Source: Octopus vulgaris
Taxonomy: Eukaryota
Assembly (NCBI GenBank): GCA_951406725.2
Contig: OX597816.1
Location: 131,502,001-131,566,000 of the forward strand
Direction: 5' to 3'
DNA: 64,000 bases
Shown: one piece after another, positions 12,316-26,114 of the stretch
How positions within the stretch are numbered: the first letter of the stretch is position 1
How the letters are laid out: each line of letters opens with the position of its first letter
Made by a program: the position numbers and the translations under genes
Notes under the pieces: generated by a model
Databases searched by the model: none
What the model saw: the letters and a program-made list of their open reading frames with translations, nothing else
What the model was told of the DNA's origin: nothing

Positions 12316-13746
12316 GCTTTATTATTATTATTTCTCCCCACTTCATCATTATCATACATAGTTTCCTTATTTGAGCAGTTGCCTTTATGGATGGATGTCA
12401 CTCATACACTAACTGCTCAACCAGGAACTGAAAACTGTTTCATGTCAATATGATTAAAAATTTTGGGATTGTCAACCTTGCCTAACAAAAGTTTCAATAT
12501 TTACTTAGACATCTACTTAAAGGTTTCAATTAGTTTGATCTCCAATCATCAGCAATTTTCTTATTTTTAGGTGAGTATATTTTATCAGGCTCGATTTGAA
12601 CTCAGAATCTTTATTCCTGAGCCAAAGTTATTAATGCTCTTAACAAACATGATTATTTCTTAATGTTTCATCAGCTTTATTTTACAGTTTGTTGAGCCAT
12701 GTTAGATGGCTACATTATACGATATAGATTTATCTTTGTTTGATTCTAATTTATGCTGGTTTTTATGAATTATTATTACTTAATCATCAGTGGTTAACAC
12801 TTTAAGTCGATTATGACATCCTTGTGTCAGGTTTTTCAACACACCTAAAATAGAGTCTGCAGTGCTCTTTTACTACAACTTTTTTCACACTTTTCTTTTC
12901 TTAATAATCCAAATGTGCCAGTTGTTGATGGAATTATTTAGATAGAATTATGTCAGAAAGTGCATATCCTCTATGAGCAACTTCATAATGTTTATTGAAA
13001 TGGTCATATTCATTACTAAAATTGTCCTCTTTTTTAAATTTAACAATTATTATTAATCTCCTCTCTGAAAATTGCTGACCATGTGCCAAAATTTGAAAGC
13101 TTTATTATTATTATTTCTCCCCACTTCATCATTATCATACATAGTTTCCTTATTTGAGCAGTTGCCTTTATGGATTGTTGTGGGCATCCCATCCAGCTGG
13201 GGGGAGCACATACGCCACAGCACAAACGCCGGGAAACTGGGCCCATGAGCCTGGCTAGGCTTGAAAGGGGCGCAAAAAAAAAATTACTATAATGATCATT
13301 AAGAAACTAAAAACACTCAAGCTATAACATACATTATTTTTAATAATTCATCATACTGTTTCATCCTAAACTTAAACTAAAAAAATAAGTCCTGGGGGTT
13401 GATTCATTCAACTAAAACTCTTCAAGGTAGTGCCCCAGCATGGCTGCAGTCTAATGACTGAAACAACTAAAAGATAAAAGGCTGTTTTAGGTGTGATGTT
13501 TATGGCAAAATATACATTTTCATCAAGAACATTTATTAATTGAATAACTATGAGTAATGGCTGGAAGAATTTATAACTGAAACCTAAATCTATAAACAGA
13601 AGATATATTGTGTATTCCTGCTGAAGAAGAAAGCACAAACAATTTTCCAGATTTTTGTTTATAATTATTTTAGGAAAGTATATAAATTCCCACACAGCCC
13701 CCTCCCTCTCTCTCTCTCTCTCTCTCTCTTCCCCTCTGTCTGTACG

Positions 13747-13792
<46 letters not shown>

Positions 13793-13889
13793 ATACATAT
13801 AATATACATATTATATATAATGTATATATAATATATATATATATATATGATATAATACATGTATTTATAATATATATATGTATTATATA

Positions 13890-14747
13890 CAGGGTGGGAT
13901 GAGTAAATTGCTGCCATTTTATACTTTAATTTCACATATGTACATTGTTTGTTTTTGATTTTGCTGACTACACAGTAAAGTAGGGTCAGTTGGGCACTGT
14001 CTGTGAGAAAAACAGCACCATCCCATAATTCACTCTGCCAGATTTGGAAACGATATGCTGTACTGTTTGGAATTCACTCCAGAAGCTCCAATACAAACAG
14101 ATGGTGAACACACAGAACAACCGTTGGCTTGCTGTGTCCCCAAAAGATGTACTGAAAGTGATAAAAATCAAACATCCAGTCAACATCATGGTGTTTGGAG
14201 TGATCACTAGTGATGGCAATGTTATGCCTCCATTCATCTTCCTACACAGCCTCAGATTCAACAGAAGCCTACATCAAGTGCCTGGACGAGGTAGTGCTGC
14301 CCTGGGTCAAGAGGGTAGCTGCTAGAAGACCCTATGTCTGGCAACAGGACTCTGCACCATGGCACACAAGCAGGAGAACCCAGTCATGGCTATCAGACAA
14401 TTTCTGCAACCACATCACCCCTGACATCTGGACACCTAACTCCCAAGACTGCAACCCCCTTGATCATTATGAGTGGGGTGCAGTTGAGCAAGAGACCAAC
14501 AAAACTCCTTGTAACACTAAAGATGAACTGATGGCAACGATTATGGCAGTATTCATCAACTTAAACATGAAGACCATCCAGAAGAGTTGCAGGAGGTTCC
14601 AAAGTCATCTGAAGGCCATGGTTGAAGCCAATGGTGATTTTATTGAGTAAATTTATGTAATTTTAGTAAATACATTTGTTAAAATGAGATGTCAGTGCTA
14701 TTTTCATTTTTGTGTAACTTAGATGACAATATATTCACTGCACCCTG
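13890..14747 (+). mobile_element. Internally deleted DD37D (maT-family) Tc1/mariner transposon
   Basis: Termini ta|cagggtg...caccctg|ca. ORF 14210-14650 has WQQDSAP...DCNPLD with exactly 37 residues between the second and third catalytic D. Confidence 0.9.
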
Positions 14748-14849
14748 CATATAATAATATGTATTATATTTATTATATATATTTATATAATAATATATAA
14801 ATATACTTGTGTGTGTATACATGCACACCCACATACACACACACACACA

Positions 14850-15430
14850 GAAGGGATGCTCAGGCTACATTTGACAGTTTGTATAAAAAGAAAAGAAGAC
14901 AACATTCCATCCAAAACTAAAAGTATTTTTGAAAATATTAAATGTCAACTAGATTATGACTGGGAAATAACAATTTACTCAAAGTAGCTGCCCACAGCTT
15001 CCACCACAGCCTCAAGACAGTTCCAGAACCTGATGCATGTGTTCCTCACTGAGTTTCTGGGTGGCTGTTGGAACACGCCCTTGATCTTGGCCACCAGCTT
15101 AGCATTGGCATTGCAGGCAGAGCTGTTGGTGTCTTTTCTCAACTGAGCTGCACACAGCAATCCATAGGATTACAACTGGGGGAATTAGGAGGCCAGAAAT
15201 TAGGGTTGGTGAAGTTGTAGAAATTCTCTGACAACTACTGGCAACGCTTCTGGATGTATGGCAAGGAGCTAAATCCTGCTGCTATACACATGGCCTTCCA
15301 GCAGCAACCCACTCCATCCAGGGCTTGAACCTGTTCAAAGATGTGGGGCAGCATGATGTCATCTTCACTGGAGACACACCCAAAGACGATCACAGTTAGT
15401 GGGACTTTAGTTTCCTCGATGTCCATGTTA
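14850..15430 (-). mobile_element. Fragment of a second DD37D/maT-like transposase
   Basis: Minus-strand pieces VIVFGCVSSEDDIMLPHIF and TCIRFWNCLEAVVEAVGSYFE parallel the element at 13890. Confidence 0.75.
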
Positions 15431-16387
15431 TAGTTTACAGCCTTTACAGGGTTCACACAACATTAAGCAGCAGTCATGATGTCAGCATTTTGATACCCAG
15501 CATGAATCTTTTCCAATATTCAGATGGTTTCCAGTTTTCCATGTCAGCTAAGTTTTTCTCAACTACAGTTTTGATCTGTTTTTGTACTTGGTTTGCAAAT
15601 TTCTTGATGGGAATTTGTGTATTGAAACAAATCTTGTGTCTTGGGAGGTTCATTATACCAATAATAATAATAACACACAATCAGGTTCAATATAACTTCT
15701 CTATAATTAATTAATTAGTTAAATATCTAATCAACTAACTAATTGATTGTTTGTTTAATGTATTGATTAAACAATCAGTTGATTGGTTGTTTGTTAAAGC
15801 CCTTTTGTCACTACTCAGGACCTCATGAATGACATGGTCTCTCCAAGGTCTGTCATGAGTCTTTTTGATTCACTGCATTCTGAGTTCAAATACTGCTGAG
15901 GTCAGCTTTGCTTTTTATCCTTTTGGTGTTGATAAATAAAGTAGCATCCAAAGGGGGTGGATTGGCAGAACTGAAACAACATTGGATTAGGTGTCTTGTG
16001 GTATTTGTACTAGCTCTTTGCGTTCTTAGTTAAGCTTCTGCTAGGGCCTATTTGGAGAGTGGACTTCACTCACCCATTGCCTTTTCTAACATCAACACCT
16101 AGCACTTTGGGCACCTTTTGTAGAGTTCACCCTGTTGCAAGAATTTGGGTCAAAGTTCCAGTTTGAAGATACCTTCTTCCCCACTTCCAACCACTCTTGG
16201 AGGTCCTGTAACAAATCATAAGCACTGCTTCCCCAACTGCCAAAAAATTACCACCAAAACAAAAAAAGATAAAAAAAACCCCAGACATGACCATTGTATG
16301 GAATGGTACTGGCATAGCTTGTAAGAAAGATGTGCCATCAATAGATTATTGTAGTAATTCTACCATGTGGAGAGCTAGAGGAGAAGG

Positions 16388-16455
<68 letters not shown>

Positions 16456-17099
16456 TGTGTGTGTGTGTGTGCTTCCTTTCTACCCATTATAACTCTCACA
16501 GCAATCAAGTAATCATAAGGTTTCTTGACAGAGTCTGGTGTCAGTGATGAGCTCCCTGCCTACCCCAGACAACCACATAATTATTATTGTTGGACCACCA
16601 AACATTATGTTGATATAGAGAAAAGAGAAAGGTTGGGGAAGAAGAATGGGAAGATTGAAGGAAACTGGGAAGCTTTAGGAAAGGATAGGAGGGAGAGGGG
16701 AGGTGGAGGTTAAATTCTATTTTCCAGAATCATCCAAAGGTCACCCAATCTGTTACAATGTAGAAAAGTATGCAAAGGACGAAAATGCTGATTACACAGA
16801 GAATATTAATATCACATTTGGGGAGTTGGTTTAAAGAACATTAAACAATTTATTATCAAATTACTTAAAAGATATTTTCTTATATTTCTCTTTCCTTTCT
16901 TCCTTTTTTCTTAAAAAAAATTCCTTTGCCTTCTTTTTCTTTCTTATTGCAGAACAAACCTTTTAATTCCATTATAAGTCTGGGCAACAATATTGTGATT
17001 ATATATAATGATTATTTTCATCAAATACTTTTCATAAAAATATATCATCAATGTTGCCATCTTTGTCCTTTTTATATCTACATTTCCCATGCTGGAAAT

Positions 17100-17580
17100 G
17101 CTTATTTATTCACATTCTTTTGAATTAATCATTCATTATTTTGTGGCGTGTGATTATTTATTTTTAGAATGACACTGTAGGGTAAGTGTGGGAGGCTGGA
17201 TATGACCAGTTTGGACATAAAATGAACAGAATATTTATTCACATTCTTTGGAATTGATCATTGATTATCTTGTGGCTTGAGATTTTGATGATGTAGTTGT
17301 TTATTTTTAGAATGACATTATAGGGTAAGTATGAAAGGCTGGATATGGTCAGGTTAAACATAAAATGAACAGAATATTTATTCACATTCTTTATTCACGT
17401 ACTTTTGTATTGATCATTCATTATCTTGTGGCTTTGTGACTTCGATGATGTGAATGTTTATTTTTAGAATGACATTGTAGGGTAAGTATGAAGGGCTGGA
17501 TATGGCCAGTTTGAACATAAAATGAACAGAATATTTATTCACATCCTTTTGAATTAATCATTTAAATACCAAAGGGTTAA
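17100..17580. repeat. About 3.5 tandem ~130-bp copies of a piggyBac-like MITE interior, ending at an aagggttaa terminus
   Basis: The unit atttattcacattc...tttttagaatgacattgtagggtaag...acataaaatgaacagaat repeats. The same family is at 24811-25030 and 60629-61276. Confidence 0.75.
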
Positions 17581-19509
17581 ATCTGATCATTTTTTTTCAA
17601 GTCCACAGAGAAATAGTTAAGTTTGCCCTGTTTATATATCTACTGCATAGGTAGCATATATTAAATCATACCTTGATACTGTGTGGACTGAGATCCCCAT
17701 TGACAGGCTGCTGGTGTTAAATAAAGTGTTAACCACTAATGGTATATGCAAATTAGTAGCTGCAGTTCTCTGTTGCTAATGTATTTGTTGAATATATAAA
17801 CAGATTGGTTGATTTTTTTTCTGGGATTGATCAAATTGATGTACACACCGCTGATGAGAACCTAATGAAATTTGAAAGTCAATTAAGGCTGTTCATTTTT
17901 TTTTTTCAGTCTACAGAGAAATAGCTCAAAATTGCCCTATTTATGTATCTACTGCATTAGTTACTTAACATTCCAAATTATAGCCAAATAATCATTCCTT
18001 TAGGTGTGGTCAAAGTAAAAAATCCTTAACTTGCCCATCAAACTGTGACATCCAATCTGCACACCAATTGACTAAAATATCTTGTTGAAAAAAGTGGGAT
18101 GAATGCTAACCAAATTGGCACATTCACCAAACCATGGCATCTAAGCCACATACTGATTGGTCAAAATACAATTAGGACTTAGTTGGTGTGCTCACCAAAC
18201 TGTGACATCTAAGCCACATACTGATTAGTCAAAATACAGTTCATAAGATTCAGCCTGCTGGAGCCCATCAGAAGGTATTTAAAGGACAAATTTAACCATT
18301 TCACTGCAGGTGTCAATTGTGGAACACAACTGTCACTACATAAGCCTCGAAAGTACAAGTTTATTTCAATATTGTAAAATTGTAAAAATTGTAAATAATG
18401 AAATGTGAAAATCAATCTAAGTTGGAATTTCATTGATTAATATATTTAAATATATACACACATATGAATACACACATATGATCAATTCCCCTTCCTGAGG
18501 TACTCCTACATCTTTTATCTTACCCCTCTCCTTACTGGTATTCCCCTTGAACCACATCTCCACCCTTGTTCATCACTCACTATATTCACCTCTTTAGCCA
18601 TCTGTTACTCCCCCTTATCCTTTTATGAAAATATCTACTCTCATTTCCTCCCATGACCCACCGTATGTATCTTCTCTTATGCTCACCTTCTTGTACCTTG
18701 AGCATTTGCTTTAACACTCTATCACTACTTTCCTTTATTTCTTTCAGCCATGTATCTGCTCTACAACAAGACACCTGTGCTTGGCCCTCTATCTTACTTT
18801 AGCCATTTAACATTTGGCATAAAGTCAGCCACCTCTACCTTCCTTCTCAAGTACTCTCCACTTTGTGATGAGAGTTTTTACTTTTTCCCTGTCCTCTTAT
18901 TATCTTGTAAGTTTACACAGCAATCTCACAGATGTTGGTGGCACTAAAAAAGCACCAAATACACTCTGTAAAGTGGCTGGCATTAGGAATGATATCAAAG
19001 CTGTCATTGGAGCTTGACACAGCCTTGCAGCTTGCTAGATCCTGTTAAACTTTCTAACTCATGCCAGCATGGAAAACAGATGTTAAATAATGATGATGAG
19101 GATGAGGAGGATATATATATATGGTGGGTTACTCTAGCACTACACATAACATGTAGCCTGGTACAATCTATTGTATGGTAGAGTTGTCAGCAACTAAACT
19201 GCCAATCCCACCAAGCTTGCTTGGTGAGGAGGGTGACTTTTGGTCATGCTGTGTGACGAAAGACAACACCTGTCAAAGGGCAGAGGAACTCAGGAAAGTC
19301 AATGACCTTCCAATATAGTCAAAGGTAAATGGTCTTCACTAGTAGTGAAGACAATCCATCTAAGAGATGGACTTGCAACTAGCTGACATTATTTTTGCAC
19401 TGAAAAATTATGACATGAAGATGTTATATATTCATCTATGGACAACTGATAATAATGCAATAATAAAAAATTACATACACACACAGACACACACACACAT
19501 ACATATAAT

Positions 19510-19599
<90 letters not shown>

Positions 19600-19604
19600 C
19601 TCCC

Positions 19605-20813
19605 TTAAGTATTTCCCATAGATAATGGCTAGAACTAGAAATATCATTGGTTGGGAATCCAACAGGGGGCGACACTAGACAGATATGGGGTTTTTACACC
19701 TTTTTAGTGTGGTGTTGTCATAACTCTAGTAGTAGGTTTCTTTTACCACAAACCATAGTGTGTAGTTGCGACTGTTACTAAATGTTAACATGATTACAGG
19801 GCTTGGAATAATGAAAGAGCCATTCTTACACTTCACAAAAAATTGAATGTAATCAAGAACAGATACGCGTTCACCAACAATATGCTTCGTGTGAAGCTGT
19901 GCACAAATGGGAAAGTTACATACAGTTTAGCCTTGTCATGCTCTGTGTTGAAGGGAATATAATAGAAAATGTATGAAAGAATTTTGTACCACAATTGGTT
20001 TGCTAGTAGCATAAGATTAATTCATATGCATGTTGTGTAGTATAAAAAGGCTTGCCGTGCATGGTTGCTGCTGGAAGTCATTTCTTTGGCTTAGGCCACG
20101 TAGACAAACTTAGCTTCTCTCCACAATGACAATGTGTCCAGGTCAGAGTTTGGTGAAGAAGAGGACGGAACAAATTTCTTGTTTAATAGATAGCTTCAAA
20201 GACTGCTGACTCCCCCTGGTAACTGAAAAGCTTCCAGAGCCTTCCATGACTCAGCGGTGTTACTGAAAGGGACATAAATCTGCTATTCAGGGAAATTTTC
20301 AAGAATATTCACCAAGGGAGGTCATTGTGGTTGGATCCCCAACTTCCAGCAAACAATAAATAATATAATGACAGAATCTATTTCAATCTATGTCACACCT
20401 ACACCTTTTTACCATAAGAGAGAAATTTTGCCCCATGGTAACTGCAGTGAATTTGCCTTTTAGCAGTTGAAATATGTGACAAACATATTTCAACTAACCT
20501 AAAGTTTACTTATGCCTAAACGCTGCTTGGCATCAGTGGTCTACTGGTGCAAATCAATATTGTTGACTGCATTTTAGTTAAAGCCATGGCTTTCATAAAG
20601 TCTGTCCAGAGTTGCCTCTCTTAGGTATTTCCCATTGATAATGGCTAAAGAGCTAGAAACATTGATGTATGGGAATCTGACAGTGGACAACACTGGACAG
20701 ACATGGTGTTTTTACATCTAAATACTATAAGAAAGAATTTTCCCCCATAGTAACTGCAGTGAATTTGTCTTTTAGCAGTTGAAACATGTCACAAACATAT
20801 TTCAACTATCCTA
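19605..20813. mobile_element. Unclassified ~900-bp element followed by an internally deleted ~190-bp copy
   Basis: 19605-19700 matches 20622-20720, and 20411-20500 matches 20725-20813. A 13-bp subterminal hairpin agttgaaatatgt-gacaa-acatatttcaact is present. Confidence 0.6.
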
Positions 20814-20870
20814 TATATATATATATATATATGTAAGAGACTAAAGTGTATGTATGCCGCTATATATGTA

Positions 20871-21428
20871 TATATAAAAATACAAAATGGAACAAGAATG
20901 CAAAACATCCAGACAGTTAGGTGATACAAAAAGGGACAACAAAACATCCAGATAGACGATACGAAGAAAACAAGGACAGATCATTCAGAGTTTTCTTTCC
21001 TCAGTCGAGTTCCAGATTATCTTTGCAATTTCAGCTGGTTATACTCGAGATTGCTCCAATCTGGCCAGTCCCAAGGAAAAACTAAGCTAAGAGCATTATA
21101 TTCCTTGGAAGAAAGCAGTGAATGTATACGAAAACAAGGGCAGAAAAAAAACGAGTCCTTGCTTTTGTATACATTCACTGCTTTCTTCCAAGGAATCTAA
21201 TGCTCTTAGCTTAGTTTTTCCTTGGGACTGGCCAGATTGGAGCAATCTCGAGTATAACCAGCTGAAATTGCAAAGATAATCTGGAACTCGACTGAAGAAA
21301 GGAAACTCTGAATGACCCGTCCTTGTTTTCTTTGTATCGTCTATCTGGATGTTTTGTTGTCCCTTTTTTGTATCACCTAGCTGTCAGGATGCTTTCTGTT
21401 CTTGTCCCATTTTGTATTTTATAAATAT
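20871..21428. repeat. Near-perfect palindrome (about 265-bp arms, 17-nt spacer) between (TA)n tracts
   Basis: For example cagctggttatactcgagattgctccaatctggccagtcccaaggaaaaactaagctaagagcatt is the exact reverse complement of the right arm. The centre is at 21140-21156. Confidence 0.95.
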
Positions 21429-21600
21429 ATCTATATCTATATATATATATATTACAGATGTTTTGTAATTTATAGCCAAAGAGTGCTGAACAATCAAGAG
21501 AACCAAAATAAGAAAACTTTTGAAATAAAGTTCAAGGAAGCCAAAATCTATGTGTACTGAAGAGTGAATTGTTATATTTTACATAATTATTGTTATCTAA

Positions 21601-21890
21601 TGAAGGTACATGGACTAGTGGTGGTTAGAGTGTTGCACTCCCAATCAAGAGATCATAGTTTCCAATTCTTGGACCAAGCAGTGTATTATGTTTTTGAGTA
21701 AAACACTTCATTTACATTGCTTCTGTTCACTCAGCTGTCAATGACTTCTAGCAATGACTAAGAAATTAACCCTTGGAAGGACCACTGTCCTATTGAGGAG
21801 TTGGGAGTATTGTATTCTCAGGCACTTATATGCCATGGAAACTGGGCTAGATTCTGGCTTTATGATTCTTAGGTCTCTTACCAGGTCTAG
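21601..21890 (+). mobile_element. SINE related to family D (decayed)
   Basis: tgaaggtacatggactagtggtggttagag...aaaacacttcatttacattgcttctgttcactcagctg matches the head of 3038-3380. Another copy is at about 35985-36230. Confidence 0.65.
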
Positions 21891-21932
21891 GTTTATTGTT
21901 ATTTATAGTCATATGAACACATCAATATATTC

Positions 21933-21967
<35 letters not shown>

Positions 21968-22021
21968 CCAGTGTTTATGTTCCAGTAGATCCTTTTTGTT
22001 TTAGTCATCTTTATATTTCAA

Positions 22022-22955
22022 CTAACAGCTAAGCCCGGTTTTACCTGATCTGTTTGGATGATGTGGCTGTGATCGTTTTTGGTTTGGCATAATCTATAAC
22101 AGCGTTTCTCAACCTTATCATTTCGGGTCCCCTGTTTCAATTGGAGCCTCCAGCTGTATGAAAATTTCCTGACCCCGCCCCACTGTCAGAAAACAGCTTT
22201 AGGAGTTGTGAAGAACGAATTTGTACGTAGTCTGTTTCTGAGAGCTATTCTATTGGACCTCTGTGTAATCATTAAAACATTGATTTAATTATGAATATAC
22301 AAAGAAATTATACATTAATTCCTAATTTTGTAAGCAGTTGCATCTGTAAAAATTTTATTTGCAGAGAGCAGAAATTGAAAGATATATGAAATGGACATGT
22401 GAGTGTATTTTTTACGATAGTTGATTTATGGAAAAGATTATGTTAAATTTTTGAAATGCAAATATGTGAATGAAAATTAAGTTCTGACTTCTACATGGTA
22501 GCTAGACCTGGTAGAAATAACAGCCAAATCTCCCTCAAAACACCCTACTGTCTTAATCTGACAATTCTTCCTATTATGTAGTTTGAATGAGAAACTGTAA
22601 CTAAAGATTAAGATTATTAACCCCACAAAGAGGTGAAAGAAGAGTGACAGCATAGCAAAAGTTTTGGCCAACTGTCATCCTGTACTCCTCTTGCTGCTAG
22701 CGAAATGGTATATGTCAGCTGTGTGAGCAACTGGTTGTTTTAATGGCAGAAGAAAGAGGGGAATTCCATTAGAAAGTGTTTTAATCGATTTTTCAGTAAC
22801 TATAGGGGCTAGGAAAAAAATACAAACTGCATTCCAATCTATGCACCCGTCTCCATAATTGTGCTATTTTTCAGGTGAATTCACCAGCCGTTTGGCTGTG
22901 AACCTCAAGACAAGAAAGAGTACAACGATTGCCCATGCCCAATTTATACTATAGA
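22022..22955 (-). mobile_element. Non-autonomous Helitron-like element
   Basis: The minus strand begins TCTATAGTATAAATTGGGCATGG. It ends caggtaaaaccgggcttagctgTTAG|T, a hairpin plus degenerate CTAG similar to the 3' end at 7175. Confidence 0.6.
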
Positions 22956-23889
22956 ATATATTATCACTCTAAGCATGAATTTATTTTCATATTTATTGAG
23001 CTCTCTACTAAAAGGCTTTATGGAAACAAAATATCTCCATTATGCAAGTAAAATATCTACTTCTGCCATTAATCTACACATACATATGCACACACATACA
23101 GACCATACACACACACTCTCTCTTACATGTGCACATGCACATATGCACACATGCACATATGCACACATACATACACACATACATACAAACACACATGTAA
23201 TACCTATGCATACCAACTAACCTTCTCTGAGAGAATATTTTATTGTGTGGGCCAAGCTATTGAACAGTTTAGGCTTTTTGGCATATTAACTATGATGGAT
23301 ATTTAAAAAGTAGTAGTAGAAATAGTAGTAGTGGTGATGGTGGTGGCAATGGCAGTGGTGTGGTGGTGGTGGTGGTAGTGGTGGTGGTGGAGGTAGTGGT
23401 GGTACTGTTATCAAAAAGAATATAAAGTAGTTCAACATATTTCCCCACCTCTCTCACTCACTCTCTCTCACTTCTTTCCTGGGGAATATATAGAATCTTT
23501 GATTAATATTTTCAATAGATTTTCAAAAATGCACACTTTCAGCTGCAATGTTGATAAATGATACATCAATAAGAATAATATTACCCATAATTCATTGTAG
23601 GAACACCACAGAAGACTGTCATCTTAATGTTTTATGTGAGGACATACTAAACTGAGTCCTTTCCACACATTACTTTCTTAAAGCCCAGAGGAATATTTCA
23701 AGCAAATGAAACAATCATTAATTATACAGTATTTCCCATGGTACTATTTACATCTAAGTGAAGTGGTCCATAGGGAATTAATTGTTTTTACATCTACAAT
23801 ATAGCCTGTGATAGTATACACTCTAATAACCCTTTGGTTGGGAGGCCCACTATCCTAACAACTTTGAAAGCTGCAATTCTAAGCACATC

Positions 23890-24230
23890 AAACAAAAAGT
23901 AAATATAGTGTATTGATTGGTGACAAAAAAGTGTATTGATTGGTTACATAAAGTGTATTGATCAGCAACATATTTTGAGTAGCTATATAGTTATAATATA
24001 TTGAGTGTTGATATGAATATATAGTTACATAAACATGATGTATTGATGGTGACATAAATATGTGTAAGGATGGTGACATTAGTATGGTGTAATGATGGTG
24101 ATATAATTAACGTGTATTGACTGTAACTTAAATATGGTGTATTGACGGTGACATAAATTTGGTGCATTCATAGTGAAATAGTGACAAAGCAATGATATTA
24201 TTGATGATAACATAAATAAAACATGATGAA

Positions 24231-24266
<36 letters not shown>

Positions 24267-24385
24267 CATTAATTGTGATATAAATATAGTGTGCTGATGG
24301 TGATATAATTAAAGTGTATTGTTAGTTAATATAAATATGGTGTATTGATGGTGACATAAATATAGTGTATTGTGTATTGATATAA
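23890..24385. repeat. Degenerate ~25-bp minisatellite (aaatatagtgtattgatggtgacat)
   Basis: The motif tgtattga...gtgacata recurs more than ten times. Confidence 0.75.
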
Positions 24386-24810
24386 ATAAAAGAAAGTCTA
24401 TCCTGATAGGATCTGAAATTAGAAGAATGTAGAGGGATGTGACTAAATGTAGCATTTTAAGGTGGTTTTTCACTACCTGGGTCTCTTTATAACCCTTTGA
24501 TGATTTTATCAAAAAACAATTTTTAATCAGAAGGGCTGAAAAATCACTAATCAAAGATTTGCTGAATTTTAACTTATCTTTTGATTGAGCATTTGTTGAA
24601 CTGAGATAGCTGACTGAGAAGAACTAATTAAATGGACCTTTTTAAAAAAAATTAATTAATGTTACATTAACAAGTAAATGGATGCTGAGTTGGTCTGTCT
24701 ATTGAAAGGAAATTTCACAAATTATTGGAATAAACCATTAATCCTCCATTCCATATTCTTTTACTGGGTCCAGTCACTGGACTGCAGCCATACTGGAATA
24801 CTATCTTTAA

Positions 24811-25030
24811 CCCTTTAGTATTTAAACAGGCCATATTAGCCCCAAATATTCTACATGTTTTATGTTCAAACTGGCCAAATATGGCCCCCTCACACAACCC
24901 TACAATATCATTCTAAAAATTAATAGTTACTTCACCAAAATCTCATAGCAACAAAATAATGCAAGATTAATTTAAAACAATGTGAATAAATAATCATTAC
25001 ATTTGCCAGAGTAATCTGAGTGCTAAAAGG
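24811..25030. mobile_element. piggyBac-like MITE with TTAA duplication, inserted in a SINE family A fragment
   Basis: ttaa|ccctttagta...tgctaaaagg|ttaa. The flanks join into a SINE A 3' segment. Confidence 0.75.
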
Positions 25031-25639
25031 TTAAGAGTTTTGATTGATCATATCAACCCTGGTCAATATTTCAGTCTGGTACTTATTTTATTAATCTGTT
25101 TAACCGATTGATTAAATCTTTGCATTGTCAATTTCTTGACATTAAGGGGCCAACAAGACAAGTTGGTATACAATAGGAAACATGAACACAGGCTTAGAAA
25201 GAAATATAATGACATCCATCAACACAGTTTTCATCTGTCATGTCCCATTCACAAGGCATTGGTCAACCTGAAGATGTAGAAGAAACTTGCCCATGGTGCT
25301 GCATAGTGAAATGAAACCCAAAATAACATGGCTGGGAAATGGACTTATTAACCACACATTTATTTAAGCACAAAACATGGTGGTTACAATTTTCATTTTG
25401 AAAAAAAAAATTCTTCTAATTACAATTCCCATAGAGCAATTGCTTCTTGTAGACAAGTGGAATGCAGTTAATCCAGAGGAAATTTAAAAATCTAAAACTG
25501 TGTACAAGTGTTGCTGTGTGGAAAGAAGCTTGCTTCCCAATCACATGGTGTTGGGTTCAGTTCCACTGTGTGGCAACTTGGAAAAATGTCTTGTGAGTTG
25601 ATTTGGTAGATGGAAAGTGAAATATGTACATATACATAA

Positions 25640-25750
<111 letters not shown>

Positions 25751-26114
25751 TATATATATATATATATATGCTCTTCAAAACTCTGCAGTTTTGAAGATCA
25801 GTGGAATAAAAAATGCCTAACTTTGAAAACAGGTAGAGCATGCAACCATAAACTGCTATTTCAATTAAACTCATGTCCAAGCCATGCTAGTATGGTAAAC
25901 AGTCATTAAATGAATGAATGAATGAATACACACACACACACACACACATGCACATAGATATGAAAATATAAATATTTATACATGTCTATATCAAATATAT
26001 ATATAAGTTCATATATGACGTTTAAAAAACTGTTATTGAGTATTTTGCCATGAATTGCAATTCTGTGAAATGATTTAAGGGTTATCTGGTTTAATATACA
26101 TACATATGTATATA

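Noticed and set aside
12510-12560. Minus-strand CUGAUGA...GAAA motif
   Set aside because: There is no stem I complementarity.
17840-17895. CUGAUGA...GAAA inside a ~307-bp direct-repeat unit
   Set aside because: Stem II is weak, the cleavage position is G and there is no stem I. Kept only as a degenerate member of the general pattern.
23890-24385. Regularly spaced short repeats resembling a CRISPR array
   Set aside because: The units are contiguous and degenerate with no unique spacers, no cas genes are present, and the context is eukaryotic.
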